From positions 42,242 through 106,241 of the forward strand of contig JAGLPV010000001.1 of the NCBI GenBank assembly GCA_023137195.1: a stretch of 64,000 nucleotides of DNA. The letters run 5' to 3'. Of the stretch, positions 1-9,921 are shown piece by piece. A program made the translations under genes and the position numbers. This stretch comes from Candidatus Aenigmatarchaeota archaeon (GTDB lineage Archaea > EX4484-52). The notes beneath the pieces are model-generated. The model was not told the origin of the DNA. It was given only the letters and a program-made list of their open reading frames with translations, and searched no databases. Each line of letters begins with the position of its first letter. Position 1 is the stretch's first letter.

Positions 1-48
1 CTGATATCCTCTTCAAGTGCGTATTCAATTAATTGATCTACATCCATA

Positions 49-972
49 TTATTTGCTGATTTCAAGCATTTTGTCCAGTGCTTTTTTTGCATTTTTCATT
101 ATTGTCTCATCAATAGAAATACTGTATTTTTCATTTTCCAGCGCGTCAAGGACTTTGGCAAGAGTAATTTTTTGCATGCCTTCGCAGACTCCGCCTGCAT
201 TGATATAAGTGTTGCCCGGGCATTCTAAAATCAGTCGATTCAGCATGTTTTGTTCTGTTGCGATTATGAATTCCTGGTCTTGGAATGTTTTGCAATAGTC
301 CAGCATGCCTTTTGTGCTTGCAACTTCGTCGCATATGTCCAGTACATCCGGGGTGCATTCCGGGTGAGCGACAACCTTTGCGTTAGGGTGCTGTTTTTTT
401 AAGTCATCAATACTTTTTTTAGAAATATGAGTATGGACTGAACAGAAATTATCCGCCAGTATGATTTTTTTGTCGGAATGTTTTTGCACGTATTTGCCGA
501 GATTCTGGTCCGGCGCAAATATTATTTTTTCACATTCAATGGAATTTACGATGCCGATTGCATTTGCTGAGGTACAGCAGGCAGCCGAGATTGCTTTTAG
601 TTCTGCGCTTGAATTGACATAAGTTACCAATGCTGCATCAGGATGCTTTTCTTTTAATTTACGAACCTCGTCAACATCTCCATTTTTAACAAGGGTGCAT
701 CCTGCACTAATATCCGGCAGAAGAACAGTCTTTTGCGGGCTGAGTATTTTGGCGGTTTCTGCCATGAACTTTACCCCGCAAAAAACAATCAGGTTTTTAT
801 CTGTTTTGGATGCAATTTTACTTAACTCGAAAGAATCTCCGATAGAATCAGCGATGCGGTAAATACCGTATTCTTGGTAATTGTGCGCCAGGATCAGGGC
901 ATCTTTTTCTTTCTTTAGGCGCAGTATTTTGGCAATTATTTTCTCGTCTTCCTTTGATATTTTTGGCAACAT
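49..972 (-). CDS. nadA: Quinolinate synthase (NadA)
   Basis: 307-aa ORF. It has the NadA-typical N-terminal LILAHNYQ motif, FCGVKFMAETAKIL, and conserved Cys residues spread over three repeated sub-domains. Confidence 0.9.
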   Translation of the reverse strand: MLPKISKEDEKIIAKILRLKKEKDALILAHNYQEYGIYRIADSIGDSFELSKIASKTDKNLIVFCGVKFMAETAKILSPQKTVLLPDISAGCTLVKNGDVDEVRKLKEKHPDAALVTYVNSSAELKAISAACCTSANAIGIVNSIECEKIIFAPDQNLGKYVQKHSDKKIILADNFCSVHTHISKKSIDDLKKQHPNAKVVAHPECTPDVLDICDEVASTKGMLDYCKTFQDQEFIIATEQNMLNRLILECPGNTYINAGGVCEGMQKITLAKVLDALENEKYSISIDETIMKNAKKALDKMLEISK

Positions 973-985
973 ACTAAATCGGGGT

Positions 986-1930
986 TTAAAAGTTAATAAA
1001 TCTAACTATATATTCCCTGAAAAGGAGGAAAAATAGTATTGTAAAAAAGAATACCGGGGCATATCTCACCCCGTCTTTGACATAGACATATTTTTGCTTT
1101 TTTTGTATTTTCTTGATATCTTCGTTTGTTATGCCTTCATAGCGCGTCCCTTCAATATTTAGGATTTTTTTAATAAATTCAATAATTTTTTGAAACAATG
1201 ATTTGGGTTTGCCTGTTTCTTCTTTTGGTTTTGTTTCTTTAATGACCTCTGCAATCACATCTCCTTCAAGCAGGTCAGATGTTTTTATCTTTTTTTTATA
1301 GACTGATGAATCCGCGAATTTTGCGAATTTCAAAAGAACATAAAACATAGGTATGAGAACCATAAATTCAAGAATCGCGTTTTTTAGCAAATACAATTTT
1401 ATGTAATTAGTATAGCAGCACAGGATAACTCCTATAATAAGAACATAGCTTATTACACGAACCTGTGATTTTTCCTTTAGGAGATATTTACCAAATGCTT
1501 TTGTTTTTTTATTCTTCACCATGATGATTATGCTGAATGCGATGGAATATACGCCGCCTATCGCAAATGAAGCAATAAGAAATATGCCTGCAAAAAGAAG
1601 AGCCTCGTTAAATGTGTTTGGAACAGAGAACAGATAAGGCAGTAAAACTCCAAGGGATGCAAGGATAAGTACATCTGCTTCTCCCCATTGGGAAAGCCAA
1701 AATAGGAGATAACCGATTACTAGAAAAAGACCACATGTTGTAAGAATCGACACAAATGGAAACGCATTTTTATTGAATAAAAAGTCAAAGGCATACAAAA
1801 TAATGCCTGCAATAGAAATCAGGATAGGAACTTCATCAGGGATTTCACTTGTTTTCAAGTCGAAGTATCCTCCTGCCGCGCTCCCAATTAATGCAACAGT
1901 GGCAAAAAGGAATAATAGGGAAAAAGACAT
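986..1930 (-). CDS. A24-family prepilin/preflagellin aspartyl peptidase (FlaK/PibD/EppA-like) with a Lys-rich cytoplasmic insert
   Basis: 314-aa polytopic membrane protein. The first Asp context is YFDLKTSEIPDEV and the second is WGEADVLILASLG (GxGD-like), as in archaeal type IV prepilin peptidases. Confidence 0.7.
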   Translation of the reverse strand: MSFSLLFLFATVALIGSAAGGYFDLKTSEIPDEVPILISIAGIILYAFDFLFNKNAFPFVSILTTCGLFLVIGYLLFWLSQWGEADVLILASLGVLLPYLFSVPNTFNEALLFAGIFLIASFAIGGVYSIAFSIIIMVKNKKTKAFGKYLLKEKSQVRVISYVLIIGVILCCYTNYIKLYLLKNAILEFMVLIPMFYVLLKFAKFADSSVYKKKIKTSDLLEGDVIAEVIKETKPKEETGKPKSLFQKIIEFIKKILNIEGTRYEGITNEDIKKIQKKQKYVYVKDGVRYAPVFFFTILFFLLFREYIVRFINF

Positions 1931-1955
1931 ATTTTATCAACAAAGCAAAAATATG

Positions 1956-3026
1956 TTATTCCTCGCTATTTTCGTCTGCGTACACATTTTCCTTTGGTTC
2001 TTCCTCTACAGACATATTTTGATTTAGCTGACTTGATTTGAATTTTGAAATTATTTTCTTTCTTCTTCTCTTTTTTGGAAAGCCGGGGATTTCTTCTTCA
2101 TTTGCATCTTCTTCAGTTGATATTTTTTCTATCTGGTCCTCGATTCCAAGGGATTTTATGAGGTCTTTATACCTGTTTCTTATTGTGACTTCTGTGACTC
2201 CTACAATATCGGCGATATCTCTTTGAGTTTGTTTCCTGCCTTCCAGAACTGCTGCAATATATATTGCTGCTGCGGCAACGCCAGTTGGACCTTTTCCTGA
2301 AATTATTTTTGAATCTTTTGTTTTTTCAACAATGTCCTTTGCTCTTGCTTCTACTTTCCCGTCAAGACCCAATAGTGATACAAACCTGGGGATGTATTGT
2401 TTTGATGTAGCAGGAAGAATTTTCAGGCTAAGTTGTCTTGAAATATACCTATATGCCCTTCCGATCTCTCTTTTTTCAATACCGGATGCTGCCGAGAGTT
2501 CTGAAATTGTTCTTGGAACACCGTAGCTTCTTGCGACGGCATATATTAAAGCAGTAATTATGGATTCTATTGATCTTCCTCTTACAACGCCTTTTTTTAC
2601 TGCTTTTTCATATAGACGTGCAACTTCTTCATGTATTGCCTTTGGGAGCATTAGGTAAGAGACCTGTCTTTCCAGTTCAGCGAGAGAATAGTTAAGGTTT
2701 CTTTCCTTTGAATTCATTATTCTCTTGTTCCATTTTCTTAACCTGTAGTACTGGTTTCTTTTTTTGGATGTTAATTTATACATCTCTGCATTTCCTTTAC
2801 CGATTTCAGTTGAGATTCCCTTGTTGTGCTTTGTAAATGTTATTGGAGCCCCAGTTCTTGTTCTGGAGGTTTGTTGTTCAGAACTGAAAGAGCGCCATTC
2901 TGCCTGGGTGTCAATTTCATTTTCTTCTATTATAGCACCGCATTTGGTGCAATATATTATTCCGCGTGAGCCGTCTGTCTTTAATTCATCATTTCCGCAA
3001 TATTTGCATTTTTTTTTCTCAATCAT
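1956..3026 (-). CDS. tfb: Transcription initiation factor IIB (TFB) with a charged C-terminal extension
   Basis: N-terminal zinc ribbon CKYCG...CTKCG, followed by two cyclin-like repeats (GRSIESIITALIYAVAR..., GPTGVAAAAIYIAAV...). A ~60-aa K/E-rich tail follows the core. Confidence 0.92.
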   Translation of the reverse strand: MIEKKKCKYCGNDELKTDGSRGIIYCTKCGAIIEENEIDTQAEWRSFSSEQQTSRTRTGAPITFTKHNKGISTEIGKGNAEMYKLTSKKRNQYYRLRKWNKRIMNSKERNLNYSLAELERQVSYLMLPKAIHEEVARLYEKAVKKGVVRGRSIESIITALIYAVARSYGVPRTISELSAASGIEKREIGRAYRYISRQLSLKILPATSKQYIPRFVSLLGLDGKVEARAKDIVEKTKDSKIISGKGPTGVAAAAIYIAAVLEGRKQTQRDIADIVGVTEVTIRNRYKDLIKSLGIEDQIEKISTEEDANEEEIPGFPKKRRRKKIISKFKSSQLNQNMSVEEEPKENVYADENSEE

Positions 3027-3136
3027 AATTTTACCTGCTAAAAACCATAGTTTTTTAAATATTTACTAATAATGATGGTAAAGCTTATAAAGATTTTGTT
3101 TTTTCGAACTCCTTTTATTAAATGAGTTAGGTAGCA

Positions 3137-5296
3137 TTATGTGGTTGAAAGACCGCCAACAATACCTTCTATCAATGGATTAAACATGGCACCCAGTATG
3201 ATGTAGACCAATACATACATTCCTAATCCTATAAGCAAAAAATGCCAGCATAATACATTTTCTTTTATCTCATCTTCGCCGGTATCTATTCTTACAGTAA
3301 ATTTTGCCATTAAAATCAATGTTTCAATAATATAGATGCCGACAATCAATTGCAGGAGTTCCGGGGGCACTGCATTTGGTGAGATGATGTTCATCATTCC
3401 AAAATTTCCACCGACTCCCATTTCAGAAACAGCTGTTGCTTCTCCTATTTTTTCAAGTTGTTTTGTCAGGATAAATACAATTGTCATCATCAGTTTTGAG
3501 ACAGCGACAACTACTCCAGAGATTAAGGGAATAAGGATGTAGCTTTGGAATTTTAGGGAAGATATTGTCGGTGCCATTAATTCATCAATTGTTGATTGCG
3601 TATTTTTTAGGGAGTGCAAATAGCTGGCTATAGTAAGGGTCGTAAGAGAGGCGGATTTTGTTCCTTTTTTTATTGCAGAAGAGATTGCCTGCATAATGGT
3701 TTTTATCAATTTTGATGGATAATACCGCAATGCGCCTCTTTCCTTGTCAAAAAGAGCTTTGCTAAATGGCATAGACATTTGATTTATATTCTGCAGTATT
3801 TTTAAGAAAAGGCTCGTTATGCTTAATTGCTGTGTGTCTCTTTGGGCTTCGGCAATTGCTGATTCGATAGGCGTTCCGCCACTCATCCGGTTTCCAAGAG
3901 CAAAAAGGGCATCTTCAAATTCATTTTCAATGAAATCTATTTCTTCGGTTAAATGGATTTTCTGGAAACTTGACAGATAAAAGTACAGTATTGTTGAAAA
4001 ACCCACAGCAATGATTATTGAAAGGGACATTATTGTTGAAAAAAAATTAGTTTCCAGTTGTTCACCAGTTATAGGATTAGTATAGAAAAAATTACTTTGC
4101 AGCATAAATAAAACGCCTGGAAGTGCTAATACAACCAAGACAAAAAGTGCAATGGGTAATACGGGAAGTTCCATTTTTTTATTTCCCAAACCAACAACAA
4201 TGTTTTTTTCAGAGGTGTAATCAGGGTGTTCTGTTATGTCTACTTTTGAATGAGTGACGGGTCTTCCTTCCATGATATTTTTCATAAAAATAAAGACAAA
4301 GAAGGGGAGAATTATATCATAACCTATGAACATATAAAAAACCAGATTACCGATAGCATCTCCCATAAAAATAGCCATGAGTGGAAACATTAGCATTGCA
4401 AGAACGGGGAGTAAAATACCCAGCCCGTGCAGAACTGCGATAGGCATGCTTAGGTTTCTTACATATTTTTTCATTTTTTCCTGCGACCCTTCAAGTATGA
4501 TAGATACGGATTTATCCAGTAGTGTTTCTCTCCTGTATGGATTAGACTCCAGCATAGATTCACGGATAAGATGTATTGATTCAATGAAATCCCTGTTGTA
4601 GTTGTGCCATTGATTGAGATAATCATCCAGTGCATCATACATGTTGCTGAATTTTCCGATTTCAACTTTCCACATCAATAATTTAAAATCTTTTGATATT
4701 TTTCCGCTCATGTTCTTGGCAGTGAACCGGATGGCACCTTCAAGATTAGGCGTTGTTTTCATATAGATTATCAGGTATAGTATTGCCATTACGAGGTCTC
4801 CTCCAACCTTCATACGCAGCATGTTTGCTTTTTTTTGTATGTATGTAGAAAAAGAATAGTATATGACAAGGGGCAGAAAAATAAATGCAATCATAAGGAT
4901 TTTTGGTATTGGCAATCCTGCTGTGGCAAGAGAGAAAGGGAGTATTGCAAGAGGCAGTGAAAGAAGAGCCGCAAGATAGGTCATACTAAATGTTTCTTCT
5001 ATTGTCACTTTATAGTCCAGAAAATTTATTGCCTGTCTTAGGTCATTGTATTCGTCTTCTTTTGGAGGTGCTATATTAAATACTTTTTGCGCGAATTTTG
5101 CTCCCTGTTCATACCAATTTAATTTTTTTTGCGCTTCATCTTCACTACGGTATTGTTCAAATTCTTTTGAAACACCTATTTCTTCATCATATTTAGTATC
5201 TGGTGTTTCGTCAGCATAACCGTATTTTTTGAGTATCTTATTCAATGCCTTTTTATCTATTTTTCCCTTTTTCCCTTTTTCGTTTGTTTGGCTCAT
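3137..5296 (-). CDS. Large polytopic membrane protein, function unknown; possibly a distant FlaJ/TadC/T2SF-like platform protein
   Basis: The track ORF 3137..5581 is trimmed to the internal ATG at 5296 (MSQTNEKGKK...), which removes its overlap with the divergent EndoQ gene. It has many TM segments and two soluble helical segments loosely resembling T2SF repeats (e.g. FEDALFALGNRMSGGTPIESAI...). The family call is weak. Confidence 0.6.
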   Translation of the reverse strand: MSQTNEKGKKGKIDKKALNKILKKYGYADETPDTKYDEEIGVSKEFEQYRSEDEAQKKLNWYEQGAKFAQKVFNIAPPKEDEYNDLRQAINFLDYKVTIEETFSMTYLAALLSLPLAILPFSLATAGLPIPKILMIAFIFLPLVIYYSFSTYIQKKANMLRMKVGGDLVMAILYLIIYMKTTPNLEGAIRFTAKNMSGKISKDFKLLMWKVEIGKFSNMYDALDDYLNQWHNYNRDFIESIHLIRESMLESNPYRRETLLDKSVSIILEGSQEKMKKYVRNLSMPIAVLHGLGILLPVLAMLMFPLMAIFMGDAIGNLVFYMFIGYDIILPFFVFIFMKNIMEGRPVTHSKVDITEHPDYTSEKNIVVGLGNKKMELPVLPIALFVLVVLALPGVLFMLQSNFFYTNPITGEQLETNFFSTIMSLSIIIAVGFSTILYFYLSSFQKIHLTEEIDFIENEFEDALFALGNRMSGGTPIESAIAEAQRDTQQLSITSLFLKILQNINQMSMPFSKALFDKERGALRYYPSKLIKTIMQAISSAIKKGTKSASLTTLTIASYLHSLKNTQSTIDELMAPTISSLKFQSYILIPLISGVVVAVSKLMMTIVFILTKQLEKIGEATAVSEMGVGGNFGMMNIISPNAVPPELLQLIVGIYIIETLILMAKFTVRIDTGEDEIKENVLCWHFLLIGLGMYVLVYIILGAMFNPLIEGIVGGLSTT

Positions 5297-5347
5297 TAAT
5301 ACTATTTTATTGACAAAATATATAAAGAATACTGTGTTTATCATTAA

Positions 5348-6619
5348 ATGAAATATTTTTGTGACCTCCATATACATTCGAGATATTCGCGCGGTACAAG
5401 CAAAAACATTACGATTGAAAACCTTGCTAAATATGCCAAAATAAAGGGATTGAATATTATTGGGACTGGTGATTTTACGCATCATGAGTGGTTTGCTGAA
5501 TTGAAAGAGAAACTTCAGGAAAAGAACAATAAGGGAATATATTATTTTAAGAAAGATACATCCCAGAGTAGTCTTCTTCAATATTCTGATTTGTCGGGTG
5601 GGCAGGAAGAGGAGAAGGAAGTTGGGTTTGTTTTCCAGACAGAGATTTCTTTAATGTATTCTGATGAGGAAAAATCGAGAAAAGTTCACATAGTATTGTT
5701 GTCGCCGAATATTGAAGTGACAGAGCAGATAAACAAATACCTTGCATCAAAGGGAAGGATGGATTATGATGGCAGACCGATATTCGGGCATCTTCCATGC
5801 CATCAGCTGACTGCTGATTTAAAAAAAATATCCGATGATATCGAGATTATTCCTGCGCATGTGTGGACCCCGTGGTTTGGCTTGTTTGGTTCCAAGTCTG
5901 GTTTTGACAGGATAGAGGATGCTTTTTTGGATCAGACAAAACATATTTACGGGCTTGAGACAGGACTTTCAAGCGACCCAAAAATGAATTACCATCTGAG
6001 TTGTCTTGATAGGTTTGTTATGATAAGCAGCAGTGATGCGCATTCTTATTATCCGTGGCGATTGGGCAGGGAGGCGACGATATTTGATTTTGAGAAAGAA
6101 ATATCTTATGATGATTTGATTGGTGCAATAAGGCAAAAAAATAAAGGGTATTCTGGTACCATTGAAGTTGATCCGCGTTATGGAAAATATTACTTTGACG
6201 GGCACAGGGACTGTAACATTAGTATATCTCCTACAGAGGCAATAGAAAAGTATCACAACATCTGTCCTGTCTGTAAAAAGCCGTTGACAATAGGTGTTTT
6301 TCATCGTGTAATGGAACTTGCAGACAGGAAGGAAGAATATGTCGCCGCGGACAAGCCATCTTATTATACTTTGCTTCCTCTTTTTGAAATAATTTCTGCT
6401 GTGAAGAATATCTCGACACTACAGTCTAAGACGATATGGGGTATTTATAACAGGATGATAAAACAGTTCGGGAATGAATATAATATTTTGATTAATGTTC
6501 CGGAAGAGGAGTTGTCTAAGATTGTGGATGAAAAAATAGCAAAAGAGATAGTAAATATAAGAAATAAGCAATACCTCATTGAAGAAGGAAGCGATGGGGT
6601 TTACGGTAAATTAAAATAG
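5348..6619 (+). CDS. Endonuclease Q (PHP-domain endonuclease acting 5' of deaminated bases)
   Basis: 423 aa. N-terminal PHP motif DLHIHSRYSRG..GTGDFTHHEW, mid SSSDAHS..RLGRE, zinc finger CPVCKKPLTIGVFHRVMELADR, and C-terminal GSDGVYGKLK. Length and order are collinear with my recollection of Pyrococcus EndoQ. Confidence 0.85.
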   Translation: MKYFCDLHIHSRYSRGTSKNITIENLAKYAKIKGLNIIGTGDFTHHEWFAELKEKLQEKNNKGIYYFKKDTSQSSLLQYSDLSGGQEEEKEVGFVFQTEISLMYSDEEKSRKVHIVLLSPNIEVTEQINKYLASKGRMDYDGRPIFGHLPCHQLTADLKKISDDIEIIPAHVWTPWFGLFGSKSGFDRIEDAFLDQTKHIYGLETGLSSDPKMNYHLSCLDRFVMISSSDAHSYYPWRLGREATIFDFEKEISYDDLIGAIRQKNKGYSGTIEVDPRYGKYYFDGHRDCNISISPTEAIEKYHNICPVCKKPLTIGVFHRVMELADRKEEYVAADKPSYYTLLPLFEIISAVKNISTLQSKTIWGIYNRMIKQFGNEYNILINVPEEELSKIVDEKIAKEIVNIRNKQYLIEEGSDGVYGKLK

Positions 6620-6626
6620 GTTTAAG

Positions 6627-6700
6627 GGCGAGAGCCGGGACTCGAACCCGGGACAGAGGAGCCACAATCCTCTAGGCTAACCAACTACCCTACTCCCGTC
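6627..6700 (-). tRNA. tRNA-His (anticodon GTG), G-1 encoded, no encoded CCA
   Basis: Hand-folded cloverleaf. The T arm is CCGGG/TTCGAGT/CCCGG. The anticodon arm is GAGGA/TTGTGGC/TCCTC, with GTG at 6663-6665 (minus strand). The acceptor has 6 of 7 pairs plus G(-1, 6700) opposite C73 (6627), the tRNA-His signature. Confidence 0.85.
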
Positions 6701-6749
6701 ATTTTTTGGATTAAAGATATATATTTAAATATTAAAATTTAAAAAGGGT

Positions 6750-7880
6750 ATGGACTTGTTGAACATATTGCTGCATTTTAACCGGGAGACTATTCTTGAA
6801 TGGTTGCCCGCGGTGATTTGGACACTATCAACAATAATAATATACAAGATATATTCTTTCTACGGCAAAGAGATTAGGGACCATATAATAAAATTCGCAG
6901 TCTACAAGTTGAAGATAAAGCGCGCAAAAAAGACCATATGCGAATTGCACAGGTATACTGCTATCCTAGTATTGCTTCTGGGAGGGTTGTATGTTATTGA
7001 TATAGCTCCATTTACTGTTGAAAAGGCAACAGCGTTATCTAATGTATTCAAGACCCTTCTTATACTTGTCCTGGCAAACCACACAATAATTCTTCTAAAG
7101 CAATTTTTGACCCCACTGTTATTGAATCTAGAACAGGACAGGGAAATAGAAGAGATGTCCAAGGATTATGCAGAAATTATAAAAAAAACAATATTTGTTT
7201 TTGTTTTTTTCTCTGCTCTTCTTGCAATAATGCAGTTGTGGAGTATTGATATAACCTGGCTTGTTACCTCTACCGCAGTCATAGGTCTTGTCCTGGGTCT
7301 TGCTGCGCAGAGTACCCTGTCTAATTTAATCGGGGGGTTTGCGATATGCGCGGATAAGGCATACCAGGAAGGGGATTTATTGAAATTGGAAGACAATACA
7401 ATAGCGACAGTAAAAAAAATAGGAATAAAATCAACATGGCTTGAGACATATTCTGCTTCAACCATTATCATCCCTAATTCAGTGATGTCCAATACAAGAA
7501 TTGAAAATTTAAGTCTTCCATACAACAAAAATCTTGCAAGGATAAAAGTGAATGTATCTTATGACAGTGATGTAGCACAGGTAAAGCGCGTTTTAATAGA
7601 TATTGCAAAGAATACAAAAAAAGTGCTGAAACATCCAAGACCATTTGTTTACCTGCTTGAACTTGGAGATTATGCTCTTAATTTTATATTGGTTTGTCCT
7701 ATACCAAATATGAAACACAGGCTGGAAATAATTGAAAAGATACATTGCACCATAATAAAAAGGTTCCGCGAGGAGAATATAAAAATTCCATTCCCTACTC
7801 AAATCAGCCATGTTGAGTTTACACAGGGCAAGTACAGTGAATTGAAAGAGGAAGTGTGCAGAAATGAGATAAAAAGATAA
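6750..7880 (+). CDS. Small-conductance mechanosensitive channel (MscS family)
   Basis: N-terminal TM helices are followed by the MscS core LSNLIGGFAICADKAYQEGDLLKLEDNTIATVKKIGIKSTWLETYSASTIIIPNS and a C-terminal alpha/beta domain. Confidence 0.85.
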   Translation: MDLLNILLHFNRETILEWLPAVIWTLSTIIIYKIYSFYGKEIRDHIIKFAVYKLKIKRAKKTICELHRYTAILVLLLGGLYVIDIAPFTVEKATALSNVFKTLLILVLANHTIILLKQFLTPLLLNLEQDREIEEMSKDYAEIIKKTIFVFVFFSALLAIMQLWSIDITWLVTSTAVIGLVLGLAAQSTLSNLIGGFAICADKAYQEGDLLKLEDNTIATVKKIGIKSTWLETYSASTIIIPNSVMSNTRIENLSLPYNKNLARIKVNVSYDSDVAQVKRVLIDIAKNTKKVLKHPRPFVYLLELGDYALNFILVCPIPNMKHRLEIIEKIHCTIIKRFREENIKIPFPTQISHVEFTQGKYSELKEEVCRNEIKR

Positions 7881-7917
7881 GAAATATAGTTTTTAAGCTT
7901 TTGTTGAGTTTAGGATT

Positions 7918-9279
7918 ATGTACATTAATAACATAAAAAAGACAGGAAAAATGAGAGTTCCTGCTGTTGCTTATGCTTCAGATAAGCTATTTTCTTTAAT
8001 GGAGCAGGATAAAACACTCGAACAGCTCAAAAATATAGCCACCATGCCCGGAATAGTGAAGCATGCTCTTGCAATGCCTGATGCTCATCAAGGATATGGT
8101 TTTCCTATTGGTGGTGTTGCGGCATTTGATTTGGAGGAAGGGGTTGTAAGTCCCGGCGGTGTTGGATTCGATATTAGTTGCGGTGTGGAATACATAAAGA
8201 CAGATATTCCAATAAATGAGTTGGAAAAAAACAGGCAGCAGTTGTTGGATTCTCTTGCGAAGCATGTTCCTGCTGGTTTGGGCAGTTCGTGCGATGTTTT
8301 GGAAAAAGATGCGTTGGAAGAAGTATTGTTCCAAGGCGCAAAATACAGCGTTAGACAGGGTTTTTTGAAGAAGAAGGAATTAAAATATTTTGATGATGAT
8401 GGATGTATTGATATAGATGAAGACCATGTAAGCGACAGGGCAAAAAAGAGAGGTAAGAACCAGCTTGGTTCTCTGGGTTCGGGAAATCATTTTTGTGAGG
8501 TGCAGTATGTTGATAAGATATTCGACCAAAAGACTGCTGATTTGTCCGGGTTGTCTGAAGGGAAGGTTGGTATAATGATTCATTGCGGATCCCGTGGTCT
8601 TGGTCACCAAGTTGCAACAGATTATATCAAAAAAATGGAAAATGAGATAAAATACGATGATTTGGTTGATAGGGAATTGGTCTGGGCGCCACTAGAAAGC
8701 CAGACAGGACAGGAATATTTATGCGCGATGCACCAGGCAGTCAATTATGCTTATGCAAACCGGAGTTTTATGTATCATCATATTAAAGAAGCATTTGAAG
8801 AGGTTTTTGATAATTCTGCAGATGCTCTTGGAATAGGGCTTGTAAGGGATATATCTCATAATATTGCAAGAATTGAAAAGCACAAGATAGATGACAGAGT
8901 AGAAAAAGTATGTGTTCACAGGAAAGGGGCTACTTTTTTAAGGGATACTCTTCCTGCCATAATTCCGGGGTCCATGGGGACGGCAAGTTACCTGCTTTCA
9001 AAAGGAAAAAACGCGGAAGAACTGTCTTTTTCTTCTACCGCCCATGGAGCAGGAAGGGTTATGAGCAGGACAAAGGCAAAGAAAACATTAAACCAGGAGA
9101 AAATAACAGAGGAATTGAACAAAAAAAACATTTCTGTGCATTGTGAGTCGAGATTTGGGTTTGTCGAGGAAGCCCCGGAGGTTTACAAGGATATTGAAGA
9201 GGTAATTAAAGTGTCATGCGGGCTTGGGCTTACAGGGAAAGTTGCAAGACTAAAGCCTGTTTTGTGTTTGAAAGGGTAA
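7918..9279 (+). CDS. rtcB: RNA-splicing ligase RtcB
   Basis: Motifs MPDAHQGYGFPIGGV, GFDISCG, GSGNHFCEVQ, HCGSRGLGHQ and STAHGAGR. No intein-sized insert. Confidence 0.93.
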   Translation: MYINNIKKTGKMRVPAVAYASDKLFSLMEQDKTLEQLKNIATMPGIVKHALAMPDAHQGYGFPIGGVAAFDLEEGVVSPGGVGFDISCGVEYIKTDIPINELEKNRQQLLDSLAKHVPAGLGSSCDVLEKDALEEVLFQGAKYSVRQGFLKKKELKYFDDDGCIDIDEDHVSDRAKKRGKNQLGSLGSGNHFCEVQYVDKIFDQKTADLSGLSEGKVGIMIHCGSRGLGHQVATDYIKKMENEIKYDDLVDRELVWAPLESQTGQEYLCAMHQAVNYAYANRSFMYHHIKEAFEEVFDNSADALGIGLVRDISHNIARIEKHKIDDRVEKVCVHRKGATFLRDTLPAIIPGSMGTASYLLSKGKNAEELSFSSTAHGAGRVMSRTKAKKTLNQEKITEELNKKNISVHCESRFGFVEEAPEVYKDIEEVIKVSCGLGLTGKVARLKPVLCLKG

Positions 9280-9280
9280 A

Positions 9281-9919
9281 TTAATTTTTTTCCAGTACAG
9301 AATAAAATTCATCCCAGTCCAGAACAGTGTTTACGCATCCGTCTTTTAGTAAGAGAACTCCGTATGTAGGGATGTTGTGTTTTGCGCACAATTCAAGTCC
9401 TTCTTTTATTTCATATATGCACCCTACTCCAATTATTGCCTTTGGCTTGTACTTTTTGATAAGGCGTTTTATGACCGATCCACCAGTCGCTATAAAAAAA
9501 TTACATCCTGCTTTTTCTGATTTTTTCTTTGCTTCGCCCACAGGACATTGACCACAGTTGATACAGGATACAAGCCCACCAAATGATTTTGCAGGGCATT
9601 TTTCTGAACGCAGGCACTGGGGCATAAATATGCATATGTCCTTGTACGGAGTTTTCTTTACTTTCTCTTTGTTCATTTCGTTTTGGACATGGATGTATGT
9701 CTGGTCGACAATTTTATCATCAATCCTGAAAAAACGAAATACTGCTTTTAACATGCCGTAAAACAATACTATGAGCGAAGAAAACAACCTAGGAAACAAT
9801 ATTTTTTTTGTTGCGATGTTGAATGCTATGATTGAAGATAAGAATGCAATAATAATAATCGTAAGAAAGAAGACCAACACAGATAGCTTTCCCAGTATTA
9901 AAAAAATAGTTTCATACAT
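9281..9919 (-). CDS. DUF116-like Cys-rich membrane-anchored protein
   Basis: Two N-terminal TM helices, then CIFMPQCLRSEKCPAK...CINCGQCPVG...IIGVGCIYEI...GVLLLKDGCVNT. This pattern matches what I recall of DUF116/COG1852. Confidence 0.6.
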   Translation of the reverse strand: MYETIFLILGKLSVLVFFLTIIIIAFLSSIIAFNIATKKILFPRLFSSLIVLFYGMLKAVFRFFRIDDKIVDQTYIHVQNEMNKEKVKKTPYKDICIFMPQCLRSEKCPAKSFGGLVSCINCGQCPVGEAKKKSEKAGCNFFIATGGSVIKRLIKKYKPKAIIGVGCIYEIKEGLELCAKHNIPTYGVLLLKDGCVNTVLDWDEFYSVLEKN

Positions 9920-9921
9920 AT

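Noticed and set aside
5297-5581. N-terminal 95 codons of track ORF 3137..5581, which overlap the EndoQ gene start
   Set aside because: This extension is hydrophobic junk in the divergent promoter region. The internal ATG at 5296 gives a sensible charged N-terminus (MSQTNEKGKKGK) and removes the overlap with the well-supported EndoQ ORF.
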